Program-made: the position numbers and the translations under genes
Virus record (IMG/VR): IMGVR_UViG_3300042894_002308
Span: 1-64,000 of that record
DNA: 64,000 nt
Strand: one strand, 5' to 3'
DNA from: a virus
Notes under the pieces: generated by a model
Told to the model about the DNA's origin: nothing
The model's database searches: none
Seen by the model: only the letters and a program-made list of their open reading frames with translations
Shown: positions 7,681 through 15,103 of the stretch, piece after piece
How the letters are laid out: the number at the start of each line of letters is the position of its first letter
Numbering within the stretch: the first letter of the stretch is position 1

Positions 7681-8081
7681 GTGTTTCTCTTTGTTGGTGA
7701 TACTTTGTTACCCGATGCTCCCTGCATTCCTACTCGTGACTTCTCTGCCTTCTTGCGTTGCAATTCCTTTGATGACATCTCTGATGATGTCTTTGGAGTC
7801 TTACTACTGACTCTCTTGCTTGGTCTGCAATACTCATTCTTACCCCCTGCACCACAGTCCTTACCAGTCTTAGTATCCTTCCAATCCTCTGCTTCCCATC
7901 TCTTCAGGTTTGCACCTTCTTTAGACTTTTTGACCTGTCCCTTGCCTTTGCGGCACTTGGCGGTTGCTTGGGCTGCACGGGCTGACCACTTACCATAAGA
8001 AGCCATTGCTTTACGATAGCAGGCATCTTTCTCTTCGGTAAGATCATTTGACTCAATTAAAAAATTTTTGAAACTCTTCAT
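7677..8081 (-). CDS. Basic Cys-containing protein with capsid-targeting leader
   Basis: MKSFKNFLIE leader; LKRWEAEDWKD..CG..YCRPSKRVSSKTPKT. Confidence 0.8.
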   Translation of the reverse strand: MKSFKNFLIESNDLTEEKDACYRKAMASYGKWSARAAQATAKCRKGKGQVKKSKEGANLKRWEAEDWKDTKTGKDCGAGGKNEYCRPSKRVSSKTPKTSSEMSSKELQRKKAEKSRVGMQGASGNKVSPTKRNT

Positions 8082-8086
8082 GTAGA

Positions 8087-8130
8087 TATTTATATCTTGA
8101 CTCTTTAACCATATGGTGTATACTAACTCT
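8087..8130. promoter_or_regulatory. Divergent promoter pair: T4-type late TATAAATA (minus) abutting TTGACT-N16-TATACT (plus), both leaderless
   Basis: TATTTATA 8087-8094 is 5 nt from the minus-strand ATG at 8081; TTGACT 8097, TATACT 8119, ATG 8131. Confidence 0.8.
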
Positions 8131-8565
8131 ATGATTTCTAGACTCTACTCTACTGGTCAGATGTTTCATGATTCTGTGTATGAGGGTTCTATGTATGTGG
8201 AAGTTTCATATACAAACAGGTTGACCTTTGACTCTGCATATACCATGATGGAACCTTGGGCTGAAGCCATTGAGCCCCCTACAGTTGCCGTTACAAGTTT
8301 TTCATCAAATTTGTTTATGGGAACGGCTGATGGTCTATGGATCTATAAAATCTACAATGGGGGAGTATTGGTCAAGACCATTCAGATGGTTGATCAGCAG
8401 TTTGCTATTCCAATCATGTATGATCGAATCGAAAGCATCTCAATGGGTTCGTTGCAGATGACAGAATCAGGTGGTGTTACGCCTACTCCTGTTCCTTCTC
8501 CGGGCATGGGGTTGATGTTAGGAATGGCTGCACTTATTTCATTAAAACGTAAACGAGTTGTTTGA
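8131..8565 (+). CDS. Protein with PEP-CTERM-like C-terminal sorting signal (VPSPG variant)
   Basis: C-terminus VPSPG-MGLMLGMAALISL-KRKRVV; start moved to ATG 8131 from promoter geometry. Confidence 0.75.
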   Translation: MISRLYSTGQMFHDSVYEGSMYVEVSYTNRLTFDSAYTMMEPWAEAIEPPTVAVTSFSSNLFMGTADGLWIYKIYNGGVLVKTIQMVDQQFAIPIMYDRIESISMGSLQMTESGGVTPTPVPSPGMGLMLGMAALISLKRKRVV

Positions 8566-8595
8566 CATTCACTCTAGATATGGTATCATATTGGT

Positions 8596-8832
8596 ATGAA
8601 CACGACAACCAAGACATCAAAGATTGGGAGTAACCATGCCACCTTTAGCGGCAATGAATATATGTTCATTGAGTGGATGTATAAGGTGAAACCTGAGTTT
8701 GAATACAACTACATTAGGCTTGAAGATGCTTTCACCATTCTTTTTGATGGTGATAAGACTTTTGCTGATGACATTCTTAAGTTCATTCGTAATGACGGAC
8801 ACTATACTCTTATTAACAAGAATTGGAAATAA
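8596..8832 (+). CDS. Hypothetical protein, leaderless
   Basis: TTGACA(8562)-N16-TATCAT(8584)-N6-ATG. Confidence 0.7.
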   Translation: MNTTTKTSKIGSNHATFSGNEYMFIEWMYKVKPEFEYNYIRLEDAFTILFDGDKTFADDILKFIRNDGHYTLINKNWK

Positions 8833-8833
8833 C

Positions 8834-9097
8834 ATGAATACTAAAACACTTAAAAAAGTTAAAGCCAAGAAGTATTACTACTCATTCATTTACAATCGTG
8901 GAAATTATTTTCAAATTTCACGAGGACTTGAGAATCGTTACCCGAAGCAATTTATGGGTTCGGGTATGATGATGGGTAAGAATAGTTTTGATCTTGGTTT
9001 TGAATGTACTGCTTTAGAGTACAAGAAGATTGTTGCCTGCGCTCGTCGTCGTTATGGAAGAATTCAAAAAATCAAAAGGAATAAAATTGAGTACTAA
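8834..9097 (+). CDS. Basic hypothetical protein (MNTKTLKK...)
   Basis: Start reassigned to ATG 8834, just after the previous stop. Confidence 0.6.
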   Translation: MNTKTLKKVKAKKYYYSFIYNRGNYFQISRGLENRYPKQFMGSGMMMGKNSFDLGFECTALEYKKIVACARRRYGRIQKIKRNKIEY

Positions 9098-9275
9098 AAA
9101 GAAAATCACTAAGCCTGCTCCTAAGCGTTACATTCTTTCTCTATTGCCCCCACCGGGTGCATTCTCTGTACTGCTTGACTTGGCTATTCTAGCCATGCTC
9201 ATGTTTGCTGCCAGTACATTGTTTCTCATGAGTCTGCAACTCTGTCAGAAGGTTACCATTACAGTAGGTAAGTAA
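9030..9275 (+). CDS. Small membrane protein (true start probably further downstream)
   Basis: Hydrophobic stretch VLLDLAILAMLMFAASTLFLM. Confidence 0.5.
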   Translation: MLPALVVVMEEFKKSKGIKLSTKKKITKPAPKRYILSLLPPPGAFSVLLDLAILAMLMFAASTLFLMSLQLCQKVTITVGK

Positions 9276-9407
9276 TATGACTAATTTTGTAAGTTTTGTT
9301 GCTATCATGGCTGCTCTTGTACTTGGACTTGCAATACTTTCAATTGGTTTTGCCGTTGTGGTAGGAATTGCTATCCGTGCATTTGAAGCAAATTAATAAG
9401 GATTCTA

Positions 9408-9719
9408 ATGGCTGTTAACTTTGTAGGCGACAATGATCACGGTGATACAGTTCCTTCCACTGATGTTCTATTGCAAATGATTAAAACACTCCGTGAGGAT
9501 GTTGTGCATCTTGCCTATGAACTTAACGAAATCAAAGAGGGCTTTGAGGGCTGTTGTAATGCCTGCGAACCTGTTGGCTTGATGAACAAGAAGTTGCGAG
9601 AAGAACGCGACGAGGCAAGGCGTGAAGTTTGCAGGTTGATGTCCATGTTTAATGCGGAAAACTCAGTCCAAATTGCAGCATCTCGTAGTTGGGATTGCTT
9701 CAAGGAGGACGGCAAGTGA
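9408..9719 (+). CDS. Hypothetical coiled-coil protein
   Basis: AAGGA SD; CCNAC and LREERDEARREVC motifs. Confidence 0.65.
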   Translation: MAVNFVGDNDHGDTVPSTDVLLQMIKTLREDVVHLAYELNEIKEGFEGCCNACEPVGLMNKKLREERDEARREVCRLMSMFNAENSVQIAASRSWDCFKEDGK

Positions 9720-10027
9720 GTGACAAACACAAAATGACTCAAGAGCGTTGGAATTACCTCATGCAGCCCTTTGATGGCGATGAGAGCGTCATGCTGACCG
9801 CACAGGAACTTGCCAATGGATGGCATTGGTGCGATGAATGGGATGGTCTTCTTATTCACACGGATGACATTGAGTTTCATCATTGCAAGTGTGGCTTCAT
9901 GGAGAAGTTCCGTACACCGGAGCGCATGGAGAAGATAAACCAGCAGAAAGCGTTGGACACCATTGCTGATCTTGATATTGCATTAGGATTTTTTGAGTCA
10001 GATGATAACGAAAGAGATTCCTTTTAA
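9716..10027 (+). CDS. Hypothetical protein (GWHWCDEWDGLLI motif)
   Basis: GTG start overlapping the upstream TGA, AGGAGG SD. Confidence 0.6.
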   Translation: MSDKHKMTQERWNYLMQPFDGDESVMLTAQELANGWHWCDEWDGLLIHTDDIEFHHCKCGFMEKFRTPERMEKINQQKALDTIADLDIALGFFESDDNERDSF

Positions 10028-10063
10028 TAGGCGTATCTTTACTTTACGAATATAGAATACATT

Positions 10064-10672
10064 ATGGACCTAAGTTTTTTAAATAATTATTGGACTCAGG
10101 CTCATGTTGCTAGCAATAAACATTTTAACTCTCTTAATGTACATTTACATAAAGAAGTAAATTGTAATTCAATTGCTGAAGATAAAATAAAAACAATGTA
10201 TAGAGGATCAAAACAATGGGATATTCATTTTCCATTGAAAAAAGTTGCAATAGAGTATAAGACTATTGCAACACAACAAAAATCCGAGTTGTTTTTAAAA
10301 ACCAATCAAACCGTAAAGCCATACGGAAATTTAAGAAGAAATATAGGAAACAGAATAGAAGAGGCTATTGGTGCTGCTGTTGATGTAAAACATTATGATA
10401 ATGAATATAAATTAGGGTATCTGATGGTTTTTACTCTGCAAAAAGAAAGTAATTTATTAATACCCAAAAAAATTATTGATAAAGTCATAGATCAATTTGA
10501 TAAAATGATTAAAAATAATCTTTATAATTTTTTCTGTCCTTTAATTACTTTTGGTATTGACGATCACATGGAGTTATCTGAGTCTTATACAATGCAAAGA
10601 TTTATCGAAGAAATTAAATCTGTAGAAACTGTAGAAACTAATTCTTTAGAAAAGTTTTTCATTGATACTTGA
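10064..10672 (+). CDS. PD-(D/E)xK endonuclease resembling the XhoI/PaeR7I restriction enzyme family
   Basis: KQWDI..VAIEYKT..GNLRRNIGNRIEEAIGAAVDV resembles the family pattern K.WD..AIE.KS..GNN.NNR.EEA.G.A.D; very AT-rich. Confidence 0.65.
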   Translation: MDLSFLNNYWTQAHVASNKHFNSLNVHLHKEVNCNSIAEDKIKTMYRGSKQWDIHFPLKKVAIEYKTIATQQKSELFLKTNQTVKPYGNLRRNIGNRIEEAIGAAVDVKHYDNEYKLGYLMVFTLQKESNLLIPKKIIDKVIDQFDKMIKNNLYNFFCPLITFGIDDHMELSESYTMQRFIEEIKSVETVETNSLEKFFIDT

Positions 10673-10702
10673 TCGTATTCAATAAACAGCAATAAATATT
10701 AG

Positions 10703-10822
10703 ATGATTGAAACAACCGTAAACATCTATTGGTTTACTCTTGCTACGTTTCTACCCATTATTTCAATGGGTATTGCAAATATTTTAATTTATTTTAAAGA
10801 AACATATAAACAAAGATATTGA
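10703..10822 (+). CDS. 39-aa single-TM peptide
   Basis: ATAAATA late-like motif just upstream of ATG; hydrophobic core. Confidence 0.4.
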   Translation: MIETTVNIYWFTLATFLPIISMGIANILIYFKETYKQRY

Positions 10823-12316
10823 TTAAGCCTTTTGCATTCCAGAAATCTTCTGAGATACATCAGATCCTTTATTATTCTTAGCAATCATATCAAATAATTT
10901 TTTACCTTTAGGATGCTGAAGCATATCAAGCATTTGCATGATTTCAGGTGACCCTTGAAGTTCTGGGAATTTTCCTTGTTTATACTTATCCAATAATTCT
11001 TTACCAAGATTCTTAGATGTTTCAAAGGGCATGTTAATATCAATATGTGGTAGACCTTTTTTCTCCATCCATGCTTTTGCACTTGTAATTTGTGCAGGAA
11101 TTTCTCTATTACTTAAATAGTCTCTGCTACCAATTGCATTTTTTAACGCGGTATCTCGTATATATTGTTTTAATCTAGGAAACTCTGTTTGCAAATCATA
11201 AGTTCTAGTTAAATGTTTTTTTAATTCAGCATCCATAAAACTCTGTGATTTTGGTGATAAATCACTAAAGGTTTTAGCCGTATCAACTTCTTTTGCAAAT
11301 CCTCTTTGCATTTTGTGAGTGTGATCTACCGTGCGGAAAGCCGTATCAAATAATCCTGCATCTGTTGATGGAATAGCATCAGCATAATATGAACGAACAT
11401 CTGTACCAGTCTTTTTATAGACATCATCAATTTTACCTAATAAATTTTTAGTAATATTTCCAGGTGTAGTATGACCATAATCCATAACACCAGCTAATGC
11501 AAAATTAGGATTCTGATGTCCAGAAACATGTGTCCATTCATGAGCAATAATACCAGGCATTTCCCCTTGTAAATTTGGATGTGCTACTTGTGTAATGTTC
11601 ATATTAATTGCTGGAACTCTTTGACCATTTAATATTCTTTGTGGTGCATCCATAGAAAATGCTCCAGCACCAACACCAGGAGTTAAGTCAGCACGCCCTG
11701 GTTTTACTTTATCTGTTCCATAATGTGTCCCAACGTGAATATCAACAGGTTTTTCTAATGCTGCTTTAGTATAATCTGGAGGTAAAAATTCACTAGGTTT
11801 TTCTGGCTGTAAATAATTTCCTCTTAATTGGAGTTTTTGTGCTTTGTCTGCTAATTCAGCATATGATGCGGCTTTCTTTCCATATATTCCTTGTAAAACG
11901 TCCATTCCAGTTAAAGTTGTTAGAGGTTTGTCTATATCAGGAACAACACCCCCTATTGATTCAACGGATTTAATATTTCCTGGAGTTGCAGCAACTCTTG
12001 TATTTAAAAACTGTTGATTAAAGGGATCCGTCAGATTAAAATCATAAACAGGTTTTCCAAATCGATTTTTTTCCCACGTTTTAGCAGTATCAATAACTTC
12101 AGTTGCTGCTTGTTGAAGTGGTTTAAATTCTTTTGCAATTTCTCCGGGAACTCTGGCAACCTTAGCAACCTCTGCTGCTTTAGATATTTCTCCAGCCGAC
12201 TTTACCATTTTAACAATATCACCTACTCCACCTTCATTTAACAAATTTTGACAATAATTAATTTTTTCTTGAATATTGTCACAGCGAGTTTTGTATAAAT
12301 TTGTTAATTGATCCAT
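10823..12316 (-). CDS. Putative virion-packaged zinc metallopeptidase (HExxH)
   Basis: IIAHEWTHV and downstream EIPA; N-terminal leader ending LLNE; late promoter TATAAATA at 12336-12343. Confidence 0.7.
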   Translation of the reverse strand: MDQLTNLYKTRCDNIQEKINYCQNLLNEGGVGDIVKMVKSAGEISKAAEVAKVARVPGEIAKEFKPLQQAATEVIDTAKTWEKNRFGKPVYDFNLTDPFNQQFLNTRVAATPGNIKSVESIGGVVPDIDKPLTTLTGMDVLQGIYGKKAASYAELADKAQKLQLRGNYLQPEKPSEFLPPDYTKAALEKPVDIHVGTHYGTDKVKPGRADLTPGVGAGAFSMDAPQRILNGQRVPAINMNITQVAHPNLQGEMPGIIAHEWTHVSGHQNPNFALAGVMDYGHTTPGNITKNLLGKIDDVYKKTGTDVRSYYADAIPSTDAGLFDTAFRTVDHTHKMQRGFAKEVDTAKTFSDLSPKSQSFMDAELKKHLTRTYDLQTEFPRLKQYIRDTALKNAIGSRDYLSNREIPAQITSAKAWMEKKGLPHIDINMPFETSKNLGKELLDKYKQGKFPELQGSPEIMQMLDMLQHPKGKKLFDMIAKNNKGSDVSQKISGMQKA

Positions 12317-12431
12317 AATATTGCCTATCTCATACTATTTATATTTGACACGGCTCATTCTATGAAGTATACTAATGAGGATAAATAAACAGTATGTTAA
12401 AGAATACAATAGACAGACATACAGTTAATTT

Positions 12432-12506
12432 GGTCCTATCGTCTAGCCCGGTTTAGGACCTGAGATTTTCAATCTCAGTACATGGGTTCAAATCCCATTA
12501 GGATCA
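12432..12506 (+). tRNA. tRNA-Glu(UUC)
   Basis: Acceptor GGTCCTA/TAGGATC, anticodon arm TGAGA-TTTTCAA-TCTCA, T loop TTCAAAT; promoter TTGACA(12345)-N17-TATACT upstream. Confidence 0.92.
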
Positions 12507-12508
12507 CT

Positions 12509-12709
12509 ATGAATGACATTGAACAACGTTTGAGAGATATGGCTGATAAGTGGCGCACAGTAAACCAAGAGGTTTATAATATGTGTCGTGATGCAGCAGA
12601 AGAAGTACGTGTACTTCGTGTACAGCGTAATTCTGCGGTGGAAACTAAAGACTCTATAATTGATGCCTACAACCATGGAACTGGTTGGGGGAAAGGAAAA
12701 GACGAATGA
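12509..12709 (+). CDS. Hypothetical protein (MNDIEQRLR...)
   Basis: ATG immediately after the tRNA; overlaps next gene by ATGA. Confidence 0.6.
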   Translation: MNDIEQRLRDMADKWRTVNQEVYNMCRDAAEEVRVLRVQRNSAVETKDSIIDAYNHGTGWGKGKDE

Positions 12710-13161
12710 ACCCGAATGAAGTAAAAGAATATACAGATCCACTTGACAAATTGATTGCGGACTATCCTTCTGTGTTTAAAGACATGGATCAGAATACTGC
12801 ATATGGTCTTCCTAGCGGTTGGTATGTGCTTGTAGACAAACTATGCTCAGATCTTGCTATTCTTCTTGATGAAGAACACAAGAACGTTCAAGAGAATCCT
12901 CTAGAGCCTTTGTTTACTGTTTTACAAGTCAAGGAAAAGTTTGGTGGTCTTCGGTTTTATTACAGAGTAAATACGGAGAATGAAAAACTATATCATGAGA
13001 TTGGAAAATTGGTTGATAAGGCAGAAGAGGCTTCATACAAGACGTGTGAGATAACAGGAAAGCCTGGAACTCGTTGCAGTTCTGGAATGTATTATCACAC
13101 CTTCTGTGAAGAAATTCGTATTGCTAATCACTTTAACCTTGTAGAAAATGGAAACACGTAA
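12706..13161 (+). CDS. Conserved phage hypothetical protein
   Basis: GW..L..L, QVKEKFGGLRFY, S..TCEITGKPG motifs typical of a widespread phage family. Confidence 0.75.
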   Translation: MNPNEVKEYTDPLDKLIADYPSVFKDMDQNTAYGLPSGWYVLVDKLCSDLAILLDEEHKNVQENPLEPLFTVLQVKEKFGGLRFYYRVNTENEKLYHEIGKLVDKAEEASYKTCEITGKPGTRCSSGMYYHTFCEEIRIANHFNLVENGNT

Positions 13162-13417
13162 AATGAAACCTATTGGTAAATGGATTGTCGCAAAGTCTTT
13201 AGTTGGTGGAGAAAAGAAAAGTGAAGCAGGTATCATTTTTCAAGAAAAATCTAAGTACAAGATAATTCGTGCAAAAGTTCTGGCTGTAGGTAATAAACTT
13301 ACAGAAGACATTAAAGTTGGTGATGTAATTCTTTGGGACGTAACAAAGATTAAAGATGGTCATGCTGGTAACCATATCGTACATCAAGACTGGGTTGAAA
13401 TGGTTGAGCGAGATTAA
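13148..13417 (+). CDS. groES: GroES/Cpn10-like co-chaperonin
   Basis: MKPIGKWIV, KSEAGII, VLAVG, IKVGDVI. Confidence 0.75.
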   Translation: METRKMKPIGKWIVAKSLVGGEKKSEAGIIFQEKSKYKIIRAKVLAVGNKLTEDIKVGDVILWDVTKIKDGHAGNHIVHQDWVEMVERD

Positions 13418-14271
13418 AGGCTCAGATTTTCATCCTGTTTTGTCTTGATATATTCATTCATCTTATCAAGATAACCAAGATTACGTAATTCTTTGAAGAT
13501 GAGATTTCCATGGGAGAATTCGCCATACTTGGCGATACTCCCAGTTCTCATTTCTTTAAACTTCTCTTTAAGTTTTTCAAATGCTTCATGCTCTGCATTT
13601 GATGCAATCAAAGAATCAATTTTTTCAATATATTCTTGAACCTTCTTAATAATATTTGGATTATCAAGATTAACTTCTTGATACACTGGTTCTGCAATCC
13701 ATTGATTGTCTGTAATACTGAAGACACCTTGATCCTTGGCGTAGTCATCATTCATGTCTTGAGCATAAATTTCTACATCGTTACCATGAATCTGAATATC
13801 ATGTGTTAACGACCATAACTGCTTCTTATCTTTTAGATAATCATCTATAAAATCTGGGCAGTTTGGAATAGCATCAATATCAACAAGAATATGAAGATCA
13901 ATATCAGAATGTGGTGTGTAATTATAATTTGCATTACCACCAACAAAAATCATTTCTTTGACTGCTTCAATTGGAATGTTTGCCCAAGTAATCCAAGTAT
14001 TACCAATCTCAATAAGTTTATTTCTTACATCATCCTTTAATTCAAATCCATTCCATATTGATGGATTAAGTTCTTGGTGATATTGAAGAGTAGATTTTAA
14101 CTCTTCTTTTAAGAAATTAGAAAAACCAATTACTCTAGATTCATTTTTATGTTTTGATATTTCAATTGCCTGTAGTTGTGCAATAGCCTTTTTCTTTGAA
14201 GGGTGTTTTCCAAGAACTTTTTTGCCCGTGGAGTCCAACACATAAAATTTATCGCCTACAGCCTTGATCAT
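13414..14271 (-). CDS. Pol-beta superfamily nucleotidyltransferase with N-terminal extension and internal capsid-targeting-like motif
   Basis: GGNANYNY..SDIDLHI, DVEIYAQD; IGFSNFLKEE precedes the catalytic domain; ATAAATA 5 nt before ATG. Confidence 0.8.
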   Translation of the reverse strand: MIKAVGDKFYVLDSTGKKVLGKHPSKKKAIAQLQAIEISKHKNESRVIGFSNFLKEELKSTLQYHQELNPSIWNGFELKDDVRNKLIEIGNTWITWANIPIEAVKEMIFVGGNANYNYTPHSDIDLHILVDIDAIPNCPDFIDDYLKDKKQLWSLTHDIQIHGNDVEIYAQDMNDDYAKDQGVFSITDNQWIAEPVYQEVNLDNPNIIKKVQEYIEKIDSLIASNAEHEAFEKLKEKFKEMRTGSIAKYGEFSHGNLIFKELRNLGYLDKMNEYIKTKQDENLSL

Positions 14272-14290
14272 ACAATTATTTATGGAAAAG

Positions 14291-14319
14291 AAACAACCCC
14301 AAATATATTGGGGTTGTTT
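14291..14319 (-). terminator. Rho-independent terminator
   Basis: AAACAACCCCAA/TTGGGGTTGTTT hairpin with a T-rich tail on the minus strand. Confidence 0.7.
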
Positions 14320-14348
14320 AACCTAAGATATATTCTTAAGTAAATTTA

Positions 14349-15086
14349 TTATGAACCATAATCCACTAAGTAACTACCACCGATTCCTTGGTGTTGCACT
14401 TTTAGTTTTCTAGCTTTTGCCATTTTAATAAGTTGATCTTCAAATTTGGTGTTTTCCTTGTCTGCATCTAACTCACTTTGACGAATATTTTCTCTAGAAT
14501 CGGCAGCATCCATTCCGGTTCTAATACCTCTAATGTGCCGTAATGCTCCTGACAATCCTTCGTCACTACCAACATCATATTCCACTGGCTTTCCACCGTA
14601 TCCGGTAAAAAGACTAACTCTGGATAAATCTGGTTGAGTAGCAACTTGTTCATCGCCTGGTTCGTCATCTCCATCATTAAACGCATCGACTGCGCTTACT
14701 TCATTAAGAAGTCTTGAAACTCTTGGGAAACCACCATAGTTCATGATACCACCATGGATTTCACGACCTTCCTTGATCATCTTCTTTTTCTCAGCCATCT
14801 TCTTCTTGATAGCCTTATCCTTGGATCCAAAGTATTCATCTTTTGATGACTCTACTTCACCATCGCCATCATAGTCCTTGTTAGCCTTTTTATCGGCTTT
14901 CTTGCCAGACTTTTTGTCATCCTTTTTGTCACCCTTTTTGGATTTCTTAAATTTACTAATATCAAATTTCTTCTCAAGAAGATTGATTTGAGAAGAAAGT
15001 TCTTCGGAAAGGTTCCGATAAGAATTTTCTAATTGGGACTGAAGTTGTTCGCAAAGATTACGGTAATAGTTTTCTAAGTGTTTCAT
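14349..15086 (-). CDS. Charged late protein, probable prohead core/internal protein
   Basis: Leader LENYYRNLCEQLQ (tandemly duplicated), DYDGDGEVESSKDEY..KDKAIKK motif; TATAAATA 5 nt before ATG. Confidence 0.75.
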   Translation of the reverse strand: MKHLENYYRNLCEQLQSQLENSYRNLSEELSSQINLLEKKFDISKFKKSKKGDKKDDKKSGKKADKKANKDYDGDGEVESSKDEYFGSKDKAIKKKMAEKKKMIKEGREIHGGIMNYGGFPRVSRLLNEVSAVDAFNDGDDEPGDEQVATQPDLSRVSLFTGYGGKPVEYDVGSDEGLSGALRHIRGIRTGMDAADSRENIRQSELDADKENTKFEDQLIKMAKARKLKVQHQGIGGSYLVDYGS

Positions 15087-15103
15087 AATATTATTTATAT
15101 CTT

